From contig CAZQDP010000004.1 of NCBI GenBank assembly GCA_964592375.1, forward strand, positions 7,043-71,042: 64,000 nt of DNA, read 5' to 3'. The position numbers and the translations under genes are program-made. Positions 9,560-17,458 of this stretch are shown here, piece after piece. Within the stretch, counting starts at the first letter, position 1. Every line of letters starts with the position of its first letter. The DNA is from an uncultured Eubacteriales bacterium. GTDB lineage: Bacteria; Bacillota; Clostridia; RUG12999. A model generated the notes under the pieces. That model had not been told where the DNA came from and searched no databases. It saw only the letters and a list, made by a program, of their open reading frames with translations.

Positions 9560-11227
9560 TTGGGGAAAAAATCTAAGCTGAAAATTATACCGCTTGGAGG
9601 ATTAAATGAAATAGGTAAAAATTTGACCGTATTTGAGTACGGATCGGATATATTGATTGTGGATTGCGGGCTTGCATTTCCGGATGAGGAACTGTTTGGT
9701 GTGGATCTCGTAATCCCTGATGTTACCTATTTGATCAAGAACAAAGAGAAAATCAGGGGTATCGTCCTCACCCACGGCCATGAGGACCATATAGGGTCAT
9801 TGCCCTATGTACTTAGAGAAATCAATGTGCCTGTGTATGGCACAAGATTTACGTTAGGGCTGGTGGAGTATAAGCTTAAGGAGCATAATATGCTCAGTAG
9901 CGTGAAGCTGAATACTGTCAAAAGAGGCGATGTGATACGGTTGGGATGCTTTGGTGTGGAATTTATTCATTCCAATCATAGTATCGTGGATGCAATGGCG
10001 CTTGCCATTTTAACGCCGGAAGGCCCGATTATTCACACCGGAGACTTTAAAATTGATTGCACGCCTATTACCGGCACAATGATTGATTTAGCTCGTCTTG
10101 GTGAATATGGCAAAAGCGGCGTTCTCGCGCTTATGTCGGATAGTACAAATGTAGAGCGGCCGGGATATACGATGTCTGAGAGCACGGTTGGCGAAGCGTT
10201 TGAAGAAATCTTTGCCGGTGCGAAAAAGCAGAGAATTATCGTGGCTACCTTTGCATCAAATATTCATCGGGTCCAGCAGATTATCAATGCTGCGGTGAAG
10301 CATGGTAGGAAAGTTGCCATTTCCGGACGCAGCATGGAAAACGTCGTGGAAGTCGCGATGACACTTGGGTACATGGAAGTGCCAAAAGGAACACTCATTG
10401 AATTAGATGAAATAAACCGATACCAACCAAATCAACTCGTTATTTGCTCCACAGGAAGCCAAGGGGAGCCTATGTCTGCCTTATCACGTATGGCATATTC
10501 AGATCACAAGAGGGTGGAAATTACAAGTGGGGATTTGATTATTTTATCAGCCAATCCAATACCGGGAAATGAAAAATTGGTAGCAAGGCTGATTGATGAA
10601 TTGTTCAAACGCGGTGCAGAGGTTATATATGAATCCTTAGGAGATGTGCACGTTTCAGGCCATGCTTGCCAGGAAGAACTTAAAATTATATTGGGGCTCA
10701 CAAAGCCCAAATACTTCATTCCTGTGCATGGTGAATACAGGCACCTGCGCCAACACGCAAAACTTGCGGAAAAAATGGGGATAGCAACATCAAATATATT
10801 CGTTATGGATATTGGTAAATCTCTGGAGATAGACGCTAGCGGTGCAAAACTTGGAAACCACGTACCATCAGGCAGGGTTTTGGTAGATGGACTTGGTGTA
10901 GGCGATGTGGGCAATGTCGTTCTGCGAGACAGAAAGCACTTGGCACAGGATGGCCTCATTGTCATTGTGGTTACGATTTCCGGCAGTACGAAGGAAGTGG
11001 TTGCAGGGCCGGATATCATATCCAGAGGCTTTGTATATGTAAAAGAGTCGGAGGATTTAATGGAGAGTGTCAAAGCCGTGGTCAGGGAGTCATTGGAGGG
11101 CTGCTTTGCAAACGGAGTGACCGACTGGTCATCACTAAAAACCACCATCAAAAATCAGTTGGCATCGTACTTGCGTCAGAAAACAAAGCGAAGCCCGATG
11201 ATTTTGCCGGTGATTGTTGAAGTATAA
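9560..11227 (+). CDS. rnj: ribonuclease J
   Basis: KLKIIPLGGLNEIGKN, the metallo-beta-lactamase motif THGHEDHIG, beta-CASP and a C-terminal domain. TTG start lies 6 nt after GGAGGTG. Confidence 0.9.
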   Translation: MGKKSKLKIIPLGGLNEIGKNLTVFEYGSDILIVDCGLAFPDEELFGVDLVIPDVTYLIKNKEKIRGIVLTHGHEDHIGSLPYVLREINVPVYGTRFTLGLVEYKLKEHNMLSSVKLNTVKRGDVIRLGCFGVEFIHSNHSIVDAMALAILTPEGPIIHTGDFKIDCTPITGTMIDLARLGEYGKSGVLALMSDSTNVERPGYTMSESTVGEAFEEIFAGAKKQRIIVATFASNIHRVQQIINAAVKHGRKVAISGRSMENVVEVAMTLGYMEVPKGTLIELDEINRYQPNQLVICSTGSQGEPMSALSRMAYSDHKRVEITSGDLIILSANPIPGNEKLVARLIDELFKRGAEVIYESLGDVHVSGHACQEELKIILGLTKPKYFIPVHGEYRHLRQHAKLAEKMGIATSNIFVMDIGKSLEIDASGAKLGNHVPSGRVLVDGLGVGDVGNVVLRDRKHLAQDGLIVIVVTISGSTKEVVAGPDIISRGFVYVKESEDLMESVKAVVRESLEGCFANGVTDWSSLKTTIKNQLASYLRQKTKRSPMILPVIVEV

Positions 11228-11263
11228 AATGACATAAAATTCGTATCAACTTGGTTTTTAATT

Positions 11264-11317
11264 CTCCGCCGCATGCATATGCACAGCATAATGCTGTGGC
11301 GGAGTTTTTATTTTTTT
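11264..11317 (+). terminator. rho-independent terminator
   Basis: CTCCGC...CACAGCAT/ATGCTGTG...GCGGAG composite stem followed by TTTTTATTTTTTT. Confidence 0.75.
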
Positions 11318-11354
11318 AGGAGCAAAAGAAATGGAAGAAAAGGAATGAAGTACA

Positions 11355-12800
11355 TTGAAAGTGAATTATGATGTAATCGTGATCGGGGCAGGACCGGGTG
11401 GCATATTTGCTGCCATGGAGTTTAAAAAAAATCATCCTACCATTGATGTATTGGTTCTTGAACAGGGGAAAAGGCTGGAAAAGAGATATTGTCCTATTGA
11501 AAAAACAGGTGCATGCTTACAATGCAAGCCCTTTTGTCATATTACAAATGGCTTTTCCGGAGCAGGGGCATTTTCTGATGGAAAGCTATCTCTTTTTAAT
11601 CCGGAAGATGATGATATCCCGGTAGGAGGCGAGCTTCACAGCTACATAGGCGTGAAAAAAACGCAAGAGCTTATTTCATATGTGGATGATATCTATGTGA
11701 AATTTGGTGCCGATAAAAAACTTGAAGGTACAGCGCACAAAGATGAAATCAATGAAATTCGCGCCAAAGCAAAAAAGAATGATATTGAGCTTGTTAATAT
11801 TCCCATTCGGCATCTTGGTACAGAAAAAAGCCATGAACTCTATGGTAAAATTCAAAATCATTTGCTTGAAATTGGTGTGGTGTTAAAAACCGATACGGTT
11901 GTTACTGATCTGATTATTAAAGATGGCAGAATTTGCGGTGCGAAGACCTTGCCGGCGGCGAAATATATTAAAAATGAAATCGAAGAAGAAACAGAGTACT
12001 TTGCACCCTATGTTGTTATTTCTGTTGGGCGAAAGGGCGCCAAGTGGATGTTCGATATGTGTGCTCGCCATCAGATTAAAAACAGCTCCGGTGTGGTGGA
12101 TATTGGCATTCGATATGAACTGCCTGATAAAATCATGCAAGACATCAATACTTATATGTATGAGGGGAAGTTTATCGGCTATCCGCTTCCGTACCGCGAT
12201 AAGGTGCGTACCTTCTGCCAAAATCCAAGTGGATTTGTTTCCTCTGAGGTATATGATAACAATCTCACCATTGTAAACGGACACTCATACAAGGATCACA
12301 AAAGCACCAATACAAACCTTGCCATCCTTGTATCTCACGAGTTTAAGTATCCTTTTGATCAGCCCATTAAATTTGGAAGGAACATTGCGGTCAACACCAA
12401 TGATTTGGGACAGGGAAATATTTTGGTACAGCGATTTGGCGATATCCTGCGTGGAAAACGCACATGGGAGCATGAACTGAAAAACAATACTGTTCAGCCA
12501 ACCTTAAAATGTGCGGCGGCAGGGGATGTGACCAGTGCATTACCTTATCGCACCATGCTTGATATTATTAATTTTATCATGAGTATGGATAAAGTGGTGG
12601 AGGGTTTTGCTCATTATGATAATCTACTCTACGCCCCCGAAATAAAGTTTTACAGCAACAAGGTGACCATTAATAACAGATTAGAAACAAGCATTGAAAA
12701 CTTATATTGTATCGGTGACACCGGCGGTCTTACCAGGGGGCTTATGATGGCTTCGTGCTCCGGCGTTGCAGTTGCTCGAAATATTATCAAAAAACTATAA
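11355..12800 (+). CDS. FAD-dependent oxidoreductase-like protein (COG2509-type)
   Basis: Dinucleotide-binding motif YDVIVIGAGPGGIFAA at the N-terminus and C-terminal GDTGGLTRG. 481 aa. Confidence 0.7.
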   Translation: MKVNYDVIVIGAGPGGIFAAMEFKKNHPTIDVLVLEQGKRLEKRYCPIEKTGACLQCKPFCHITNGFSGAGAFSDGKLSLFNPEDDDIPVGGELHSYIGVKKTQELISYVDDIYVKFGADKKLEGTAHKDEINEIRAKAKKNDIELVNIPIRHLGTEKSHELYGKIQNHLLEIGVVLKTDTVVTDLIIKDGRICGAKTLPAAKYIKNEIEEETEYFAPYVVISVGRKGAKWMFDMCARHQIKNSSGVVDIGIRYELPDKIMQDINTYMYEGKFIGYPLPYRDKVRTFCQNPSGFVSSEVYDNNLTIVNGHSYKDHKSTNTNLAILVSHEFKYPFDQPIKFGRNIAVNTNDLGQGNILVQRFGDILRGKRTWEHELKNNTVQPTLKCAAAGDVTSALPYRTMLDIINFIMSMDKVVEGFAHYDNLLYAPEIKFYSNKVTINNRLETSIENLYCIGDTGGLTRGLMMASCSGVAVARNIIKKL

Positions 12801-12963
12801 AAATGAAGCGTTTAAAATGAATGAAAACTGCTATAAGCATGCGTTGTAATGAATGAAATCAGCTGTATTTTCATTTTTGATAAAATTTAGGAATATCCAG
12901 TGTTCATGGGCTTTTCCATCGCCACCCTTCTGCTTTTTTCGTAAAATATGCATAAAATGCGGT

Positions 12964-12992
12964 TTGACATTGAGACGCAAAATGTGTATAAT
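12964..12992 (+). promoter_or_regulatory. near-consensus sigmaA promoter
   Basis: TTGACA (12964-12969), 17-nt spacer, TATAAT (12987-12992). Confidence 0.7.
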
Positions 12993-13031
12993 GGTTACAA
13001 AGCAGTTTTGGCATTCCAATGGAAAGGACTG

Positions 13032-13700
13032 ATGCAAGTGCACAAAAGGCTTATTTCTGCCATTGCCGTTCTCTTATTGCTTATGCAAACGATTGCATAT
13101 GCTGCTAGTGGAATTGTAAATGCAGATGTGCTAAATGTTCGAGAAAACCCATCAACCTCTGCTACAATTTTAGGAAAGCTTTATAGCGGAGATGTTGTTC
13201 ATATTATATCCGAGGAAAATGACTGGCTGAAGATTGAGCATAACGGATCAGAGGCTTATGTGTATGGTGCATATGTATCTGAAAGAAGAGAAGGCGAAGT
13301 GACCTCAAGATCAGATGTTCGGCGTACAGTTGGGGGCGCAATTGCCGAATATGCAAAGCAATTTATCGGCGTTCCATATTCATCGGGTGGGTCTACTCCT
13401 TTAGGATTTGACTGTTCAGGCCTTACCTCCTATGTATATAGGCAGTTTGGATATTCTCTCAATCGCACCTCCTCAGGACAGGCATTGCAAGGCTCTTATG
13501 TTTCTAAAGACGCTTTGCAACCGGGCGATTTACTCTTTTTCTCTTATTATGGAGGCGGCAGAATTTCTCATGTTGGTATTTATGCAGGAAATGGCAATAT
13601 GATTCATGCCACAGTACCCGGTTCCACTGTAAAAATGGCAAGCTTGGATTCATCGTATTATCTCAATAATTACATAACCGCCAGACGAATTGCCGATTAA
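13032..13700 (+). CDS. secreted SH3b plus NlpC/P60 cell-wall endopeptidase
   Basis: Signal peptide MQVHKRLISAIAVLLLLMQTIAYA. SH3-like region (VNADVLNVRENPSTSATILGKL...WLKI). NlpC/P60 catalytic block GFDCSGLTSYVY...ISHVGIY...IHA. ATG at 13032 follows GGAAAGGA downstream of the promoter. Confidence 0.85.
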   Translation: MQVHKRLISAIAVLLLLMQTIAYAASGIVNADVLNVRENPSTSATILGKLYSGDVVHIISEENDWLKIEHNGSEAYVYGAYVSERREGEVTSRSDVRRTVGGAIAEYAKQFIGVPYSSGGSTPLGFDCSGLTSYVYRQFGYSLNRTSSGQALQGSYVSKDALQPGDLLFFSYYGGGRISHVGIYAGNGNMIHATVPGSTVKMASLDSSYYLNNYITARRIAD

Positions 13701-13713
13701 TTTAAAAAATTTT

Positions 13714-13800
13714 AAAAGTGACTTTTATATGTAGTGACCCCAAAAGTTAGACTAAAAAGCTAACGAGTAGGGGGGCGGTACATAAGAAGTCACTTTTTTG
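13714..13800 (+). terminator. long composite hairpin with U-tract (probable terminator of the NlpC/P60 gene)
   Basis: Perfect 11-bp outer stem AAAAGTGACTT (13714-13724) / AAGTCACTTTT (13787-13797). Inner pairings TATGTA/TACATA, CCCC/GGGG and GTTAG/CTAAC. Followed by TTTTTTGTTTT. Confidence 0.55.
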
Positions 13801-13856
13801 TTTTGCCCGCATATAATGATTGTAGCGGTAATACTTGTATATGTGAGGTGTATAGA

Positions 13857-14396
13857 ATGTCTTATAGAGTTTTAGGTGAAACGGGGCGAGACCCCGAGGA
13901 AGTGTTATCCACATCAAACTGCCGTCCATCTAGAAGAGTGAGGGTGCAGAGAATCGTGTTTGAGGATGATGCCAATCTCAATGCCAATACAACAATCACC
14001 GCTCCGGTTGGAACTGTGATTGAACCTGATTGTGGTACAATTGTATCTCCATACAGGATAGAAAGCAACAAAACCCCCTGCATCAACTGTCGCGTTGAAA
14101 ATGGCAGCATTGTAGTGGAAGGTCTTGTTTATGGTACATTTTATGATTTTCAGTCAGGAGGGGGAGCACCGTGTCCGAAGCATAACGATGCATCATTTGT
14201 CATTCCGGTGCTGCAAACCATTCCTGCCAATATCAGAAATCAAGGTCGATTTATAACAGATAGCTACGTCAAAGAAATGAACTTTAATGCGGTAGGTTTT
14301 CCTGATATTGAAAGCCCTGGTAAAACTCAGCTGCAAATCGGAGTAACCCTTCTTGTGGAAATTTGTATTACAAGGCCTGAAAATATAGAATGTTAG
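13857..14396 (+). CDS. hypothetical cysteine-rich protein (paralog A of a tandem pair)
   Basis: 179 aa from the ATG 7 nt after GAGGTG. 7 Cys, no signal peptide or TM segment, no motif I recognise. It aligns with the next ORF. Confidence 0.6.
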   Translation: MSYRVLGETGRDPEEVLSTSNCRPSRRVRVQRIVFEDDANLNANTTITAPVGTVIEPDCGTIVSPYRIESNKTPCINCRVENGSIVVEGLVYGTFYDFQSGGGAPCPKHNDASFVIPVLQTIPANIRNQGRFITDSYVKEMNFNAVGFPDIESPGKTQLQIGVTLLVEICITRPENIEC

Positions 14397-14420
14397 TGAA
14401 TTCAAAGGAGTAATGTTTTT

Positions 14421-14921
14421 ATGGTAACCTTTAACACGTCCACTCAATTGCCACAGACACTGCTTGCAGATGTACTTACCTGCTGTCAGAATATATCAGG
14501 TGATACCAGCTATACCGTTGAAGCGCCAGCTGGAATTTATATCAATCCGGATACCGGTTTGGTATCGCCGCCCCTTGTCATTACGCCGGGAGGCAAGGCA
14601 ACGCTCAGAAGCACATCTGTTATGAACGGTACTGTGGTCGCTGCAGGTGTAATTCCTGTAAATATATATACGCAAGACAACTTCACACCAATCTTTTGTG
14701 GGCTTGAAATTCCTTGGCAGTTAGCGATACAATGCCCTTGTGCGCATACGGATAGCGATGTATTTATCAATAATTTTGAAATAACTACTTTAAGTGTAAG
14801 CGCATTTATCGGTCCGCAAGGCGACGTTCGTCTGAGTATTTTTGTAACCTTTACATGTTGTGTCAAAACAACTGAAAAGCAAACGGTGAACGTAGAATCG
14901 GCCAACGTTGGCTGCAACTAA
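14421..14921 (+). CDS. hypothetical cysteine-rich protein (paralog B of a tandem pair)
   Basis: 166 aa, with RBS AAAGGAG upstream. 8 Cys, including CC doublets near both ends. It shares blocks with the preceding ORF. Confidence 0.6.
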   Translation: MVTFNTSTQLPQTLLADVLTCCQNISGDTSYTVEAPAGIYINPDTGLVSPPLVITPGGKATLRSTSVMNGTVVAAGVIPVNIYTQDNFTPIFCGLEIPWQLAIQCPCAHTDSDVFINNFEITTLSVSAFIGPQGDVRLSIFVTFTCCVKTTEKQTVNVESANVGCN

Positions 14922-14927
14922 AATGAT

Positions 14928-16121
14928 TTAAACTTCAATAATATCGCATCCTCCGCCGGTGATGCATTTTCCGCCGGTGGGGGTTACGATGTAGGTGTCT
15001 TCAACACCGACAAGCCCAATGCCTGCAATACCTTTTTTGGGTTCCAATGCAATGGCCATATTTTCTTTCAGCGGCGCCTTATAGCCTCCGGAAATAATAG
15101 GTAGCTCATCAATTTGAAGACCCACGCCATGCCCCAAGAATTTCACCTGACGAGCACCAAAGCCCATAAAATTTTGCAGAAAATCTGCGGGCAAACCGCC
15201 TAAAATTTCTTGATAGATTTCGGAAGGAACAGCACCGGGAATAAGCTTTGCGGCACAATCCTTTTGTATTTGAATGCACTTTTTATGTTCCGAATAAACG
15301 CCCGAAGGCACGGGTGCACCAAATAGGAACATTTGGGTTTTGTCGGTATGATAGCCATCTACCCCGAAGGCAATGTCTATAAATACCAAATCTCCCTTTT
15401 GCAGTCTACGCTCTCTGCTACCAATAAACGGAACAGCAGGGGACATGCCATAGCTACCGCCGGGTCCATCGAAATTGGTAGGATAAAGAGCACTTTCGCC
15501 AAAGCCAATCTGCCCTGCCATCATTTCGTTTTGAAACATCGAAAAACGTGCAGTGCCGTGATGACCCATTTTAACGGCAGCAGTATATAATTCTGCAATA
15601 AGGTCAGCCTCGCTGATGCCTTCTTTCAAGTGTTGCGGCACAACCTCCTGCATAAATGTAATGTGTAATTTGCCCGAAAGCGCCATTTTTTCAAGCTCAT
15701 AGCTGCTTTTTACCGAACGGACTAAAGAGATAATGTTATCTAGTCCGTGCAAATTTTGCAGCTTAAAATATTTGCTCAGCCTCGAATACAAACCAAGGGT
15801 TGCAATTTCAGTTTCCGTATATGCATTCTCAAAGCGCTCACCAATAGAAGCAGCTGCATCGGAGTAGCTGTTCATGGGGCGGATGTCCTCAAACAGACTT
15901 TCCTGCACGGCTCGCTCGAAGCTGCGGCGCACAAAAAGAATAGATTCACCGCTTGGTTTTATGACAAGCATTCCATCCTGCATGGTACCTGTGAAATAAT
16001 ACTGATTTATTCTTCCGAAAAATAAAGCGATATCCCAATTTGGATAAGCCTCGTTCATCGCAGAGATGAACCTTTCCTTGCGACTTTGCATTTCTTCTTT
16101 TGGCATTGCATATATTCTCAT
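14928..16121 (-). CDS. M24 family Xaa-Pro aminopeptidase
   Basis: Creatinase-like N-domain plus pita-bread domain with metal-ligand context (DIAFGVDGYHTD, GHGVGLQIDE, ALEPK, VEDTYIVT). Confidence 0.85.
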   Translation of the reverse strand: MRIYAMPKEEMQSRKERFISAMNEAYPNWDIALFFGRINQYYFTGTMQDGMLVIKPSGESILFVRRSFERAVQESLFEDIRPMNSYSDAAASIGERFENAYTETEIATLGLYSRLSKYFKLQNLHGLDNIISLVRSVKSSYELEKMALSGKLHITFMQEVVPQHLKEGISEADLIAELYTAAVKMGHHGTARFSMFQNEMMAGQIGFGESALYPTNFDGPGGSYGMSPAVPFIGSRERRLQKGDLVFIDIAFGVDGYHTDKTQMFLFGAPVPSGVYSEHKKCIQIQKDCAAKLIPGAVPSEIYQEILGGLPADFLQNFMGFGARQVKFLGHGVGLQIDELPIISGGYKAPLKENMAIALEPKKGIAGIGLVGVEDTYIVTPTGGKCITGGGCDIIEV

Positions 16122-16278
16122 TATTCATTCATCCTTTGCAAAACTTATATCATTATGGTAATTATATCGGATAAGCTACATAAATACAAGTGGGAGCTTT
16201 CGAATAATTTCATATTTTTTTTGGGGTCTGTTTTGGTATATATTCATAAAAGTTTTACAATTCGCACCATTTTGCAAC

Positions 16279-16307
16279 TTGTAATATAAAAATTATTATG
16301 ATATAAT
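16279..16307 (+). promoter_or_regulatory. sigmaA promoter with extended -10
   Basis: TTGTAA, 17-nt spacer ending in TGa, then TATAAT (16302-16307). Confidence 0.6.
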
Positions 16308-16398
16308 AAGTGAAAATATATTTTGCCCTTTTTTTATAATGCTTTGTGCTTGCAAATGACAAATATTGAAGAGTAAAAAAAGAGAGGTAAGAGGCATA

Positions 16399-17253
16399 AT
16401 GAAAAGTTTGTTTTTGGCCTTCATGCTGGCATTGCAATTCGCCTTCTCACCCTTTGGTCCGCCGCCAAAACCTGTAGCAGAGCCTGCACCGGATGGATTA
16501 CTAGAAATACATTTTATCAATGTGGGCAATGGAGATGCCATTTTAGTTGGGAGTCAGCAGCACTGGATGATGGTGGATGCCGCTTCCGGCAGTGCCACAG
16601 ATGAAGTGTTAAGTTATATGGATAAGCTGGGTATACAGCGTTTGGATAGAATAGTCGCCACCCACCCTCATGAAGATCATATCGGTGGGATTGATGATGT
16701 GATGCTAAAGTATAAGACCGAACAGCTTTATTTGCCCGAAATTCAAGCCAATACTGATGCCTATATGAATATGCTCAAAGCGGCACAAAGCCAAAACATT
16801 CCGATCAAAATAGCAAAAGCAGGAGATGAATTTGAGGTAGGTAGCAGTAAAATTAAAGTACTCGCACCTGTGAAACAAAAATATCAAAACATCAATGACA
16901 ACTCTATTGTCCTCAAAATTACAAATGGCAATAAAAGCTTTCTGCTTACTGGAGACATTGAAGCGATTGCCGAATCGGATATTGTAGAGAAGTGGGGAAG
17001 TGTGCTGAAAAGCGATGTGCTAAAGGTGCCGCACCATGGTGCCGCTACCTCCTGTAGTCCCAAATTCTTAAAGGCGGTTTCAGCTACCCATGGAATTATT
17101 TCCGTGAAAAAGGATAATCGCTATCAAAATCCGGATGATGCCGTGCTATCCATATTGAAGTCGTATAAAATGATAACATACAGAACAGATTTGAGTGGAA
17201 ATATTGTGCTAAAATGTGATGGAGAAGGTTATGCAATTAAAAGCGATCATTGA
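16399..17253 (+). CDS. secreted MBL-fold hydrolase (ComEC C-terminal-domain-like)
   Basis: Signal peptide MKSLFLAFMLALQFAFS. Motifs IHFINVGNGDAILV and THPHEDHIGG, with a C-terminal HHG. ATG at 16399 follows AGAGAGG. Confidence 0.8.
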   Translation: MKSLFLAFMLALQFAFSPFGPPPKPVAEPAPDGLLEIHFINVGNGDAILVGSQQHWMMVDAASGSATDEVLSYMDKLGIQRLDRIVATHPHEDHIGGIDDVMLKYKTEQLYLPEIQANTDAYMNMLKAAQSQNIPIKIAKAGDEFEVGSSKIKVLAPVKQKYQNINDNSIVLKITNGNKSFLLTGDIEAIAESDIVEKWGSVLKSDVLKVPHHGAATSCSPKFLKAVSATHGIISVKKDNRYQNPDDAVLSILKSYKMITYRTDLSGNIVLKCDGEGYAIKSDH

Positions 17254-17446
17254 TAGATTTGAAGGCAAAGTTGCCATTTGTGAGCAGGATGGCAAAATGA
17301 TTACTATTTCAAAAACCCAATTGCCAAGCGGAGCGCAAGAGGGAGATGTGCTCATTTTATCGGATGAAGGCATAAAAATTGATGCCTTAGAGACCAAACT
17401 TCGCAAAAAAAAGGCAGAGGTGCTACTGAAAAAGCTGCAAAGCTAA
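17231..17446 (+). CDS. DUF3006-like small protein
   Basis: 71 aa, MQLKAIIDRFEGKVAICE...GDVL. It overlaps the end of the MBL gene, which is the usual partner of ComEC-like MBL genes. Confidence 0.65.
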   Translation: MQLKAIIDRFEGKVAICEQDGKMITISKTQLPSGAQEGDVLILSDEGIKIDALETKLRKKKAEVLLKKLQS

Positions 17447-17458
17447 GGAGTGTTTGCA

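Noticed and set aside
10504-11151. 215-aa minus-strand ORF inside rnj
   Set aside because: It is antisense to a highly conserved RNase J coding region. Its Ser/Pro/Thr-rich low-complexity translation is typical of a shadow ORF.
12801-13031. Possible c-di-AMP (ydaO-type) riboswitch upstream of the NlpC/P60 gene
   Set aside because: The near-consensus promoter (12964-12992) leaves only about 35 nt of 5' UTR. That is far too short for a ydaO element, and I saw no matching conserved helices.
13905-13913. Perfect DnaA boxes (TTATCCACA at 13905-13913, reverse copy TGTGGATAA at 37986-37994)
   Set aside because: They are isolated single 9-mers about 24 kb apart, both inside coding sequence. One or two matches are expected by chance in 64 kb on two strands, and there is no clustering and no AT-rich unwinding element.
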